DNA from: Mobula hypostoma
Taxonomy: Eukaryota
Assembly: GCF_963921235.1 (NCBI RefSeq)
Contig: NC_086097.1
Location: 234,176,001 to 234,240,000, forward strand
DNA: 64,000 nt
Reading direction: 5' to 3'
This document shows, piece after piece, positions 25,797 through 39,560 of the stretch (position 1 is the first letter of the stretch; every line of letters starts with the position of its first letter). A program made the position numbers and the translations under genes. Under the pieces are notes generated by a model. The model made no database searches. It was not told the DNA's origin and saw only the letters and a list, made by a program, of their open reading frames with translations.

Positions 25797-28130
25797 AATA
25801 GAAACATAAAAACATAGAAAACATACAGCACAATACAGGCCCTTCGGCCCACGAAGCTGTGCTGAACATGTCCTTACCTTAGAACTACCTAGGCTTACCC
25901 ATAGTCCTCTATTTTTCTAAGCTCCATGTACCTATCCAGGAGTCTTTTAAAAGACCCTATTGTTTCCGCCTCCAACACTGTCACCAGCAGCCCATTTCAC
26001 ACACTCACCACACTCCGTGTAAAAAAACTTACACCTGACATCTCCTCTGTACCTACTTCCAAGCATGTTAAAACTGTGTCCTCTCGTACTAGCCATTTCA
26101 ACCCTGGGGAAAAGCCTCTGACTATCCATACGATCAATGCATCTCATTATCTCTATCTCTATCAGGTCACCTCTCAGCCTCCGTCGCTCCAAGGTGAAAA
26201 GGCCAAGTTCATTCAACATATTCTCATAAGGCGTGCTCCACAATCCAGGCAACATCCTTGTAAATCTCCTCTGCACACTTTCTATGGTTTCCACATCCTT
26301 CCTCTAGTGAGGCGACCAGAATTGAGTACAGTACTCCAAGTGGGGTCAGACCAGGGTCCGATATAGCTACATCATTACCTCTCGGATCTTAAACTCAATC
26401 CCACGGTTGATGAAGGCCAATGCATCATATGCCTTCTTAACCACAGAGTCAACCTACGTAGCAGCTTTGAATGTCCTATGGTCTTGGACCCCAAGATCCC
26501 TCTGATCCTCCGCACTGCCAAGAGTCTTACCATTAATACTATATCATATTTGACCTACCAAAATTAATAACCTCACACTTAACTGGGTCAAACTCCATCT
26601 GCTAATTCTCAGCCCAGTTTTGCATCCTGTCAATGTACCGTTGTAACCTCTGACAGCCCTCCACACTATCCACAGCACACCCAACCTTTGTGTCATCAGC
26701 AAATTTACTAACTCATCCCTCCACTTCCTCATACAGGTCATTTATAAAAATCACGGAGAGTAGGGGTTCCAGAACAGATCCCTGAGGCACACCACTGGTC
26801 ACCAGCCTCCCTGCAGAATATGACCCATCTACAACCACTCTTTGCCTTCTGTGGGCAAGCCAGTTCTGGATCCACAAAGCCATATTCCCTTGGATCCCAT
26901 GCCTCCTTACTTTCTCAACAAGCCTTGCATGAGTTACCTTATCAAATGCCTTGCTGAAATTCATATACACTACATCTACAGCTCTACCTTCATCATTGTG
27001 CTTAGTCACATCTCAGAAAATTCAATCAGTCTCATAAGGCATGACCTGCCTTTGACAAAGCCATGCTGACTGTTCCTAATCATATTATGCCTCTCCAAAT
27101 GCTCATAAATCCTGCCTCTCAGCATCTTCTCCATCAACTTACCAACCACTGGCCTACAATTTTCTGGGCTATCCCTACTCCCTCTCTTGAATAAGGGGAA
27201 AACATTCACAACTCTCCAATCCTCCAGAACCTCTCCCATCCTCATTGATGATGCAACGATCATTGCCAGAGGCTCAGCAATCTCTTTCCTCGCCTCCAGC
27301 AGTAACCTGGGGTACATCCCATTCGGTCCCTGTGACTTATCTAACTTGATGCTTTCCAAAAGCTCCAGCACATCCTCTTCCTTAATATTTACATGCACAA
27401 GCTTTTCAGTCCATGCTCAAGCCATCCCTACAATCACCAAGATCCTTTTCTGTAGTGAATACTGAAGCAAAGTGCTCATTAAGTACCTTTGCCATTTCCT
27501 CCAGTTCCATACGCAATTTTCCATGGTCATACTTGATTGGTCTTATTCTCTCATGTCTTATCCTCTTGCTCTTCATATACTTGTAGAATGCCTTGGGGTT
27601 TTCTTTAATCTTGTCCACCAAGGCATTCTCATGGCCTCTTCTGGCCCTCCTAATTTCATTCATAAGCTCCTTCCTGCTAGCCTTATAATCTTCTAGATAT
27701 CTAGCATTACCTAGTTTTTTGAACCGTTATAAGCTCTTCTTTTCTTCTTGACTAGATTTACAACAGCCTTTGTACACCATATTTCCTGTACCCTACCATC
27801 CTTTCCCTGTCTCATTGGAACGTATCTACGCAGAACATCATGCAAATATCCCCTGAACATTCGCCACATTTCTTCCATATGTTTCCCTGAGAACATCGTT
27901 TCCAATTTATGCTTCCAAATTCATTCCTAATAGCCTCATATTTCCCCTTACTCCAGTTAAATGTTTCCCTGACTTGTCTGTTGCTATCCCTCTCCAATGT
28001 TATGGTAAAGAAAATAGAATTGTGATCATTATCTCCAAAATGCTCCCCACTGAGAAACCTGACACCTGACCGGGTTCATTTCCCAATACCAGATCAAGTA
28101 TAGCCTCTCCTCTTGTAGGCTTATCTACAT
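25797..28130 (-). mobile_element. CR1 LINE, 5'-truncated, frameshifted ORF2
   Basis: Successive minus-strand ORFs with KENPKAFYKY, SQHGFVKG, FSKAFDKV, GVPQGSVL, VQRRFTRM, plus tail. Confidence 0.92.
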
Positions 28131-28189
28131 AAAAATCAAGACATTATTCTCAGTGACGCTATATTCTTCCACATGATGCTAATTTTCAA

Positions 28190-30410
28190 CCTGCCTCAGT
28201 TTGAAGGTATGAGACGTGAATTAGCTAAGATAGACTGACAAATGATACTTAAAGGGTTGACGGTGGATATGCAATGGCAAGCATTTGAAGATCGCATGGA
28301 TGAACTACAACAATTGTTCATCCCAGTTTGGCAAAAGAATAAACCAGGGAAGGTAGTGCACCTGTGGCTGACAAGGGAAATTAGGGATAGTATCAATTCC
28401 AAAGAAGAAACATACAAATTATCCAGAAAACGCGGCACACCTGAGGACTGGGAGAAATTCAGAGTCCAGCAGAGGAGGATAAAGGGCATAATTAGGAAAG
28501 GGAAAAAAGATTATGAGAGAAAACTAGCAGGGAACATAAAAACTGACTGTAAAAGCTTTTATAGATATGTGAAAAGAAAAAGATTGTTTAAGACAAATGT
28601 AGGTCCCTTACAATCAGAAACAGGTGAATTGATCATGGGGAACAAGGACATGGCAGACCAATTGAATGACTACTTTGGTTCTGTCTTCACTAAGGAGGAC
28701 AAAAATAATCTTCCGGAAATAGTAGGGGACTGAGGGTCTAGTGAGATGGAGGAAATGAGGGAAATAAATGTTAGTAGGGAAGTGGTGTTAGGTAAATTGA
28801 AGGGATTGAAGGCAGATAAATCCCCAGGGCCAGATGGTCTGCATTCCAGAGTGCTTAAGGAAGTAGCCCAAGAAATAGTGGATGCATTAGTGATAATTTT
28901 TCAAAACTCTTTAGATTCTGGACTAGTTCCTGAGGATTGGAAGGTGGCTAATGTAACCCTGCTTTTTAAAAAAGAAGTGAGAGAGAAACCAAGGAATTAT
29001 AGACCGGTTAGCCTGACATCGGTGGTGGGGAAAATGCTAGAGTCAGTTATCAAAGATGTGATAACAGCACGTTTGGAAAGCGGTGAAATCATCGGACAAA
29101 GTCAGCATGGCTTTGTGAAAAGAAAATCATGTCTGACGTATCTCATAGAATTTTTTGAGGATGTAACTAGTAGAGTGGATAGGGGAGAATCAGTGGATGT
29201 GGGATATTTGGATTTTCAAAAGGCTTTTGACAAGGTCCCACACAGGAGATTAGTGTGCAAACTTAAAAGCACACGGTATTGGGGGTATGGCATTGATGTG
29301 GATAGAGAATTGGTTGGCAGACAGGAAGCAAAGAGTGGGAATAAACGGAACCTTTTCAGAATGGCAGGCGGTGACTAGTGGGGTACCGCAAGGCTCAGTG
29401 CTGGGACCCCAGTTGTTTAGAATATATATTAATGACTTGGATGAGGGAATTAAATGCAGCATCTCCAAGTTTGTGGATGACACGAAGCTGGGTGGCAGTG
29501 TTAGCTGTGAGGAGGATGCTAAGAGGATGCAGGGTGACTTGGATAGGTTGGGTGAGTGGGCAAATTTCTGGCAGATGCAATTTAATGTGGATAAATGTGA
29601 GGTTATCCACTTTGGTGGCAAGAACAGGAAAACAGATTATTACCTGAATGGTGGCAGATTAGGAAAAAGGGAGGTGCAACGAAACCTGGGTGTCATTATA
29701 CACCAGTCATTGAAAGTGGGCATGCAGGTACAGCAGGCGGTGAAAAAAGCGAATGGTATGCTGGCATTTATAATGACAGGATTCGAGTACAGGAGCAGGG
29801 AGGTACTGCTGCTGTTGTACAAGGCCTTGGTGAGAGCACACCTGGAGTATTGTATGCAGTTTTGGTCCCCTAATCTGAGGAAAGACATTCTTGCCATAGA
29901 GAGAGTACAAAGAAGGTTCACCAGATTGATTCCTGAGATAGCAGGACTTTCATATGACGAAAGATTGGATTGACTAGGCTTATACTCGCAGGAATTTAGA
30001 AGATTGAGGGGGGATCTTATTGAAACGTATAAAATTCTAAAGGGATTGGACAGGCTAGATGCAGGAAGGTTGTTCCCGATGTTGGGGAAGTCCAGAATGA
30101 GGGGTCACAGTTTAAGGATAAAGGGGGAGCCTTTTAGGACCGAGATTAGGAAAAACTTCTTCACACAGAGAGTGGTGAATCTGTGGAATTCTCTGCCACA
30201 GGAAAAAGTTGAGGCCAGTTCATTGGCTATATTTAAGAGGGACTTAGATATGGCACTTGTGGCTAAATGGATCGGGGGTACAGAGAGAAGGTAGGTACAG
30301 GGTTCTGAGTTCGATGATCAGCCATGATCATACTGAATGGCGGTGCAGGCTTGATGGGCCGAATGGCCTACTCCTGCACCTATTTTCTAAGTTTCTATGT
30401 TTCTATGTTT
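28190..30410 (+). mobile_element. CR1 LINE, 5'-truncated, same subfamily as 17720-19628
   Basis: ORFs 28242-30294 are nearly identical to ORF 17840-19531, with a few stops and frameshifts. (CTATGTTT)n tail. Confidence 0.93.
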
Positions 30411-31373
30411 AATCTTCAGAAATCAATGATATTTTGAGCTAAAGATATTAAGGAATTAATTCCATTGTAAAAAATCCAGTAAAAGCATTAGTTTGTTTTA
30501 TGAGGTTTAAATGAGCTTTTAATGGTGTAATGAGTGTCACAATTACTGCTTAATAAACTTTGATTGTAAAATTAACTTTAAGGATTTGAATTGTAATTCT
30601 TATGTATAAATACATCAAACTATAATGGATTTTTAAATAATATATACTTTTTTTTGAAGAGGAAGTTAGTTTGTGATATTTTCTTGGTTACAGTGTTTGA
30701 TGGTATTAGCTTTGCTGACTGCGATGTTCTAAATTCAGACTAAGACCTGAAGACCTATTGGATATAAATTGCCACAAGAACTTTCACTAAAGGAAGATTA
30801 TAGTGTAACTACCGAATATTTAAAGACTAGTTTATTTCCCTGTTTATGCTCCATGGTGAGTTTGGCTGCCAATATTCACTATTTTAGTAGTGGGTGCCCT
30901 GTTCCTACCAAGGAAAGGATACTTCCAGTTAATAAAGTAGTTTAAACACAGTTCATTTATTTTCTGTGAGACACATTTAAATCCAAACAACATTTTAACA
31001 CACATTTAAATCTCCCAGAGGATTTCTATTATATAAAACATTGCCAAATTTCAAACCATTTCTAAAACACAAAGCATTTCCAAAAGACAGGTACAATTCC
31101 TATAAACTAAAAAGACATACTAACGATGCAGATGAACAAATCACTGAAACCGAAGCCAGAGGAATGGATTCTAGTTCACCCTGTGCTTCCTTCTTATTCC
31201 TTAATGCTCTGTACCCCATTCCTAATAAGTTTGTACTACTCTGTACATTTATACTCTTTTTCTTGAGTGACTTCACATGCACGTGATATTTCCTCATACA
31301 TATGCTTTTTACACAAATGGCCTAAAAAGCTTTTTGGAGACTGTTGTGACTGTAAACAAAGTCACTGGAGAGA

Positions 31374-31556
31374 ACCACAAAGGGAAAATATGCAGATGCT
31401 GAAATTCCAAGCAACAGACACAAAATGCTGGGGGAACTCAGCAGGCCAGGCAGCATCTGTGGAAAAAGGGTACTTGTTTTGACCCAAAACATCAACTGTA
31501 CATTTTCCGACAGATGCTGCCTGGCTTGCTGAGTTCCTTCAGCATTTTGTGTCTGT
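31374..31556. mobile_element. 183-bp palindromic PLE-end insertion
   Basis: ~48-bp inverted arms (aacagacacaaaatgctg..gcagcatctgt / acagatgctgcc..cagcattttgtgtctgtt). TSD TCACTGGAGAGA (31362-31373) / TCAATGGAGAGA (31557-31568). Confidence 0.78.
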
Positions 31557-32609
31557 TCAATGGAGAGACACTGAATCCGGTGGATATCAAATTATTTATT
31601 CAGCAATACAAGCAGGCATCATACTGAAGACAATCGTGGAAGAAGAGGCTCATATACTCAACATATATCACATTTTATACCCCCTAAGATCAACGGTAAC
31701 TCAATACAGTTTTAATGGTTACAATGACATCATTTATTTCAATATTTTAGGTTGACAGTGCTTCCTTTGAGTTACATATAATTTTCAAACACCTATATCT
31801 TCACACTGACACTCCAGACACCGTAGATTGAATGTTAGTGTCTGCTGTCTCTGAGCTGCATTCATGCATATGCAGATATTTCAGGTCAGTGGGGTATTTC
31901 CTGGTTTGCAATCAACTCCTGTCTGCAGCATTGTTCTGAGCTATATTTTAAATTCACTTTGCAATCCCCATTCAAATCTGAAGACTGATTGTCATTGAAA
32001 TTAATATTTGCTATATCCCTTAACTCCAGAATATGTCCTAACAAAGTCATAGATCCCAACTACCTACAATTTGTTTGTTGTAATATTCAAGTACTAGAGG
32101 CTGATCTGATGGAGACTAAGTCCAAGTTTTCAAGGATCTCACTGTGTACTTTTACATTCAGAGACTGATGTGGTGCAGTGGAGGAAGGTTGGCAGAGGAT
32201 GTTTACCTTGCAGATCTTGATAAAGTCAATCCTCTACACTTTTGAATGAGTTAACAATGACTTGGAGATCAACATCCAGTTGTCCATAAAAGACCAATGG
32301 AAAATTTAACAAATGATAAAACTATCAGTTGCTTAATAATGTGCAAACACTTATGGAGAACCATTACTTTTGCCACCAACTTTGAAGATATGCAGCTTTC
32401 AGAACTAGCAATTCAATTGCCTATCCCAAGGGTGTACATTGGTGTCTTAGCTCTATTGCCTTTACCCAGATACATGTAGTTTCAATGTAGCTTCATCTAC
32501 TAGATATTTGACCATTGACAGCAGAGCAAGCAGAAACCCTTGCCCAGTTTGAATACATTGTAATAACTGGGTTGTTCATATTGACTGGCTAACATTATGA
32601 TAATCAACT

Positions 32610-33160
32610 CTAAAGGCTAGGAGAGCCATTTTACTGAAGTGGAAGGATTCTAGCCCACCTACTGTCTTTTATTGGCTTTCCTCCATTATGCCCTGTATAA
32701 GTTTAGAGAAAATAAGAAGTCGGACATTTGATACATCCTTTAAATTTGAGCAAATCTGGGCGACCTTTTATTCAATATTTTCATTTAATTTGACTTATCA
32801 CTCTTCCAATTTAAAAAAAAATATTTGAAGTTTTAGATCTGATCAGAAAGTCTTTTTTTTATTTGGCCATATCCTCAGGATGGACTACCCAGTCCTTTTC
32901 CCCCCCCCCCTTTTTTTATATGGTGTAGTGGGATTTTTTTCTTCATTTAAAATTCAAAGTTTTTTTCTTTCCTCTTCATGAACTGATTAGAGAAGAATTG
33001 CTGTTTTCTTTTTTATGATATATTATATACTAGCTTAACACTATGTATGATTTTGATAATGTCTATTTCAATCTCTGTTTGTATTGCTATTGATATATAT
33101 ATCAATTTATATCAATTTATGTTCCTTTTAAATCAATAAAAAGATTAATAAAGAAAGACA
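32610..33160 (+). mobile_element. L1-clade LINE 3' end
   Basis: My translation from ~32610 is LKARRAILLKWKDSSPPTVFYWLSSIMPCISLEKIR..FEQIW/RPFIQYF, typical of a fish-type L1 ORF2 C-terminus. T-rich 3' UTR ending aataaaaagattaataaag. Confidence 0.75.
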
Positions 33161-33399
33161 GAACATTAACCGAACTGGAATAAGTTGTAGATCACCCTCA
33201 TTCACCTGCACAACTGCCACAAGAATAGGAAGTCAAAGTCAAGCTTATTGTCTTATGCACAGGTACATGTATGCACAGGTATGATGAAAACTTTATTTGC
33301 AACTGAATCACAGGAAGGCAGCAACAGATACACAATATTCAAAAGGAGAACATAAATTAACTATAAATTGGATAGAATTGTACAAGAAGGAATATAATT

Positions 33400-33850
33400 T
33401 GAACAAAGTGCTTAGAAGTGTACAGCACGGTATGGGCCCTTCAGCCTTCGATGTTGTGTCGAAAATTTAGCAAACTGAACGATAGATCCAATCTTTTCCT
33501 TCCACATGCCCCATACCCCTCCATTTTTTTTCATCCATGTGCCGATCTCAGTGTCATTTAAACCTCCCCCGTGTACCAGCCTCAACCACCAACCCTGACC
33601 ATGCATTTTAGGTACTGTGTAAAAATCTCCCTCTAACACCTTTTCTAAACTTTCCCCTCTCGTCTCAAAAGGTTTCCTTCTCGTATTTGCCAAGGTCATC
33701 GTGGGGCAAAGGCTCCGTCTATCCCTCTTATAACCTCCTACATCTCTATCAAGCCACCTCTTATTCTCCATTGCTCTCAAGAGAAAAGTCCAAGCTTACT
33801 CAGTCTTTCTTCATAGGACATGCTTTCTATTTCTAGAACATCTAGGATTT
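33400..33850 (-). mobile_element. Old CR1 3' fragment
   Basis: Degenerate CR1 3' ORF and tail. Confidence 0.6.
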
Positions 33851-34149
33851 ATCTCTGGGACACAAGTTATGAAGTCCACCGTACTACAAGGTGGTTACAG
33901 TGGTCACAGTGTGTGTTGTCCTTTTCATTCACTGCATAAAGCTAGATCTTGTACTGTACACTGAGTTCTACACTGAGAAGATGAGATGCCGGTGGTCAAA
34001 AGAATCACCTTTATCCAAAAAAGGCACCACCTGTTAGAATATCTCATTCACCATGCTACTCCAGAACACATTACACTTGCCAAATGAGAGAATAATCTGC
34101 TCGTACCATAAAAAGAACATTGATCCAGTGTCTTTAACCAGCATATGAA

Positions 34150-34320
34150 AATCAGAAAGAAATCTGGAGATACTGGAAATCTGAAACACAGAGAGTTCTG
34201 GAAACACTCAGCAAGTCATATAGCATCTGTGGAAAGAGAAAGGGTTTCTCTTTTTACAGATGCTGCCTGACGGACTGTACACTTGCAGTATTTTCTGCTT
34301 TTGTATTATATTCCAGCTTC
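34150..34320. repeat. Old palindromic PLE-end insertion
   Basis: agcatctgtggaaagagaaa / tttctctttttacagatgct inverted arms resembling the PLE terminus. No clear TSD. Confidence 0.5.
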
Positions 34321-36289
34321 CTCACTGGGATAGCTCCACCAGGTACCTGGAGCCAAGGATGGAGGAAAACCTCAAACATCAGGAACCAGGCATCCTCTGT
34401 AGGCTTCCGTCACTCAAAGGCCCAAAGATATGCAGCATCTTCCATGTGGTTGCCTGAACTTTCACTGCAGACACCCACATGGAGGTGTGGTAGGAGCAGC
34501 CTTTAGAGTTGGGCTGTGGGGTCAGCATAGGTCTCAAGCCTGTAGTAGGACATGGGCCATCAATGGGCTCTAAAATATTTCCACAAACAAGTCAGCCAGA
34601 CAGGAGCCAATATGGTGAAATAGGAAAATGCTGCAATTCCCTAGACCAGTTACTGCATTTCAGCTTGTCCTCTCGTGAAGGGTGGCCCATGCACTGTTCA
34701 ACTAATAATCTTAGCTTTGTACTGATCAGCAGAAGAATTTATAACTCTTGTGGACAGCCAAAAGACAAAGAAACTGGACCTCATTTTAATTGCCAGTTTA
34801 TTGAGAAGTGTTTTTTTAACTCAATTCCAAATGTAAAGGTAAAAAAACAGATTAGCTTTATTTGTCACATGTACATTAAAACCTACATTGCTTGCATCAA
34901 ATCAGATCAGTGAGCTTATGTTGCACAGTCTGCAACTGTCACTACACTTCTGGTGCCAATATAGCATGCCCACAATTAATTAACCTTTGGATCTTTGGAA
35001 TGAGGAGGAGTGGGAATCTGAAAGAGCCGGCGGAAATCCGAGGGTCATGGAGAGAATGAGCAAACTCCTTACAGACAGTGGCAGGAATTGAACACCGATC
35101 TTTACAGTGAGCCCTGTAACAGTGTTACACTGACCACTACGCCACCGTGCCACCCAGTGACATCACATTCTTTTGAATTCTTCAAACGATCATACATCAA
35201 ATTAAATATGATGACTGGCTGCTTGCCTTTGCTTTCAAGACACTAGCCAAACGATAAGCTCTACCATCTATGGCGTTACTATGGAGTATGACAGTGTAGT
35301 CATAGCAATGGATGGCTTATGTCACTGATGCGGGATGAAGCAGTTTATCAGGGACGTCAGTACTGGAGCACTGCCACCTTAGGTTAAAAAACTCATAAAC
35401 TATTCAGTACTGCTAATAAGTGTACAGTGCCTTTTTCAAAGTCACAATGCTCTTTGCAGTTTGATTGAGGTAGATGATTAGGTCCGGTGGACTAGGTCTA
35501 TTGATCCATGTTTGTAATGAGTATCAGATGGCTAATATACTTAAGGCTAATTTTAACTCATTGAAAACTAGTTAAGTAGTGATTTAAAATGGTATCTGCC
35601 TTCCCAGTCATTTTAATCTTAAGCTAGTTTGTTTATTCCCCGGCCTACTCACAAATGGTGGGGCCTGCGGTTGAGGCCAAGTAGCAAAATCTAAAATTGT
35701 TGATGAGGAAGAGAGACAGGGTTTGCTTGTTCCCTGGCCTACTTACAGGTCATGCCTTATCTTTCCTTTTAATGTAATTCTTCATTCAGCTTTATATATT
35801 AAAGTCCTCAGTAATGCACGTTTCTTGACATTTCTAATATTTTCCATAAATTTCACATTAATACAACCTAATTTTTTATTCTGGTTAATGTACAATTATA
35901 TTGCTTTAGATTAAAATCACAATCAAACTGCAGATGCTGGAAACCTGAAATGAAGTATGTCTGCACAGTGGAGTAGCAGTTAGTCCATTGCTGTACAGTG
36001 GCAGTGGTCACTGATCGTGGTTCAATTCCCGTTGCTCTGTAGAGAGATTGTAAATTCTCCATGGGATTATGCAACATTGGGGGTTTCTCTGGGTTTTTCA
36101 GTTTCCACCCACATTCCAAAGGAGTGACCCCATTGAATGTTGAAAGGCCTTGAAAGAGTGGATGTGGAGAGGAGGTTTCCAATTGTGGGGAGTCTAAGAC
36201 CAGAGGACACAGCCTCGGAATAGAGGGATATCCTTTTAGAACAGAGATGAGAATTTCTTTAGCCAGACGATGGCGAATCTGTGGAAATC

Positions 36290-36492
36290 ATTCTCATTTT
36301 CTCTCTCTTTCTCTTTCTTTTCTTCTCTTTTCTCTTTCTCTTCTTTCTCTCTCCCTCCCCCTCTCTCTCTCTCTCCCTCCCCCTCTCTCTCTCTCTCCCT
36401 CCCCCTCTCTCTCTCTCTCCCTCCCCTCTCTCTCTCTCTCTCTCCCCCTCTCTCTCTCTCTCTCCCCCTCTCTCTCTCTCTCTCCCTCCTCC
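36290..36492. repeat. ~200-bp polypyrimidine (CT)n/CCCCCT tract after a CR1 fragment (36135-36290)
   Basis: Directly visible, almost purely C/T. Confidence 0.95.
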
Positions 36493-37039
36493 TGAATGTT
36501 TTTTTTTGACACTGACTTGAAGAAGCGGAGGAAAGTAACCAGGTCAATACTTACCCAGAAATATTTCTGAAAAGCATCTGGCCATTGTTGCTATCTGTGG
36601 GAGTCTGTATTTTTTTCTTAATGAGGTGGATGTCAGCTTCTTTGACTTGGTGCTGTATATTGGATGATGTTTTGAATAATTTAAAATGCATTATGAAACA
36701 ATCCAGTTGAGCCCGGAGACTGGACTCCCTCATTCATTACGATCCTTTGTGTATTTATTGTAGCTATAAACATTGAAGCAAGGTACAACAGCACATTCAG
36801 TCATCCAGCCTGCTTATCCGTCCAATGTGATTATGGCTTATCCTTTAACTCAGTACAATATACCAGCTCTCTTTGCACATCCAGAAATCCATACATCCAC
36901 TTCTTATATGTGTTTACCAACCTGACCTCCACGGTTTCTTGTGGTGGAGAATTCCTTAGGTTCACCATCTTCTGAATGAAAAAAAATCTCCTTAGTTCTA
37001 TTCTAAGTATGGGTAGACAGGCTGGCAAAAACGGTGTTT

Positions 37040-38645
37040 TGCATGAGATATTTTGCAGATGCTGGAAATCCAAATCAACACACTCAGGATGCTGTAGGAA
37101 CTCAGCAGGTCAGGCAGCGTCTCTAGAAATGAATAAACAGTCAATGTTCCAGGCTGAGACCCTTCTTCAGGAATGAAAAAAAGGGGAAGATGTCACAACA
37201 AAAAGGTGGGGAGAGGGGAAAGAGGATAGTGAGAAGGTAATAGGGGAAGCCAGGTGGGTAGAAAAGAAGATAATGGGCTGAAGAGAAAGGAATCTGATAG
37301 GAGAAGAGAGTGGACCATAGGAGAGAGCAAAGAAGGGCACTAGAGGGAGGTTATGGGCAGGCAAGAAGTAATAAGAAGCCAAAATAGATAACAGAAGAAG
37401 AGGGGAAGGGGAGGGAGTGTTTTTTTTTCTGGAAGGAGATATCAATATTCATGCCATCAGGTTGGAGGTTACCCAAAAAAAAAATCAAAATATGAGGTGT
37501 TCCTCTTCCACCCTAAGGGGGGCCATGGACAGCCATTTCGGAATGGGAATGGGAGTGAGATTTAAAATGCTATTTCTTTTTCTTGGTTCCTTCATCTTCA
37601 CAGTATCTGTTCCCAGGATGAGGCTTTCAATTCAAGGACATTGGAGGTGTCATCTTTCTTCAAAGAATGGAGTTTCTCTTCCTTCACCATTGACTCTGCC
37701 CTCATCCACATCTCCTTCATTTCCCGAACATCTGTGCTCACCACATCTTTCGGCTGCCTTAGTAGTAATAGAGTTTCTCTTGTCCTTACCAACCACCCCA
37801 TGAACCTCCATATCCTACAGTCGTTCTCCACAACTTCCACCATCTCCAAAGGGATACTACCACCAAACATATCTTTAACTCCCCCCTCCCTCTTCTTTAT
37901 CCACAGGGATTATTCTTTCCAATGATTCCCTGTCAATTCATCCCTCTACACTAATCTCCCTCCCGGTGCATATCCCTGCAAGTGGCCAAAGTGCTACATC
38001 TGCCCACTTACCTCCTCCCTCACCTCCTTTCTGGGCCCCAAGCAGGTGAGGCAAAACTTCACCTGCAAATTTGTTGGGATCATCTATTTGGTCCAGTACA
38101 TCCGATGCAGTCTTCTCTACATTGGTAAGTCCTGTTGTAACGTGGGAGACTTCTTCGTCGCACACCTCCACTCCATCCACCAAAAGTGGAACAACATGTT
38201 TGTCCGTGGTCTCTTATGCCATGATAAGGTCATTCTCAGAATGGAAGAACATCCAAACTGATGGCATGAATATTGATTTTCCCTTCCGGTAAAAAAAAAT
38301 TCCCTCCCCCTCCCCTCTTCTTCTATTCCCCATTCTGGCCTCTTGCCCCTTCTCACTTGTCCATCATCAATCTCTGTGTCTCCTCCTCCTTCCCCTTCTC
38401 TGATGCTCCACTCTCCTCTCCTATCAGATTCCTTCATCTCCAGCCTTCGACCTTTCCCATCCGCTTGACTTCACCCAGCACCCTCCAGCTATCCTCCTTC
38501 CCTTACTCCCACCTTTTTATTCTGGCATCTTCCCCGTACCTTTCCCATCCTGAAGAAGGGTCTCAGCATGAAACGTCAACTCTTTATTCATTTCCATAGA
38601 TACTGTTTTACCTGCAGAGTTCCTCCAGCATTTTGAATGTGTTTC
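37040..38645. mobile_element. Older PLE with inverted 3'-end arm (minus 37040-~37565; plus ~37590-38645)
   Basis: Decayed GIY-YIG (FTCKFVGIIY..RCSLLYIGK..LRMEEH). Degenerate hammerheads at ~37139-37174(-) and 38546-38581(+). Confidence 0.8.
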
Positions 38646-39189
38646 ACGCAGTGGCCGTCATCGATCAAGTTACTGAATATAGGAGTTGGCACATTAGGCA
38701 TCTGTGCCGGTGGTGTTGTGGGAGAGAGCAGAGGCATGGCGGACAAGCTGAACTCTGTGCTGGGTTGGGGGCTGGCCCCTCCCATTGCTGTTGCTCTCTA
38801 GTGTTTGCTCAGAGGAGTCAAGCAGGAATGTATTTGTCTGTGACTGCAGTAGTGCATGATGAGGAACTTCTACTTGTTCTTGCTGAAACATGGCTCCATG
38901 ACAACATCCATGCACTATCAATCTTCAGGCCAGGATATTCAGGAACTTGGTCTAATATTATTTTTGTGACTATATGTGCCTTCATAACTACATATGCTCT
39001 GTGCTGTGTGTGACTGTACGGTATGTACTGTGGTTTGCACCTTGCCCCAGAGGAACACTGGTTTATTTAACTGTATGCACTTATATGCTTGAAAATTATG
39101 TTTGCGAAGAAAAAGCATTTCAGGATGTATATTGTATACATTTCCCTGACATTAAATTTGACCTTTGAACCTTTGATGTTATATTTGTA

Positions 39190-39560
39190 TAAGTGAAAAA
39201 TACAATGTGCAGTTTTGATCTCCTTGTTATTGGAAAGACGTGGTTAAACTGGAAAGGGTGCAGTAAAGGTTTACATGCTGCTGCCGGAACTAGAGGAGCT
39301 ACATAGCAAAGAGAGGTTATCCATGTTGTGGCTTTATCCCTTGGAAACTGGAAGATTGAGGGGTGATCTTATGGATGTGCTTAAAATTATGAGGGCATAG
39401 ATACAGTGGATGGTAATAGTCCTTTCCCCAAGGTAGGGGATTCTAAAACTAAGGGCATTGGTTTAGGTTGAGAGGAGAAAGATTTAAAAAGGATCTGAGC
39501 AGCTACATTTTAATGTAGAGTGTGGTGAGTATTTGGAATCAGCTACCACAGGAAGTGGTC
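39190..39560 (+). mobile_element. Old CR1 3' fragment
   Basis: tgtgcagttttg..gaagattgagggg..ggaatcagctacca motifs. Confidence 0.6.

Noticed and set aside
18427..29921. Recurrent antisense ORFs (MPPKWITSHLS.., MNLLCT..)
   Set aside because: Shadow frames of CR1 ORF2, repeated only because the element is repeated.
30693..30860. Exon ending at the strong donor ATG|gtgagt (30855)
   Set aside because: All frames from the plausible acceptors hit stops, so only a weak acceptor would rescue it.
36236..36547. Overlapping RE-rich and SL-rich ORFs
   Set aside because: Translations of the (CT)n tract.
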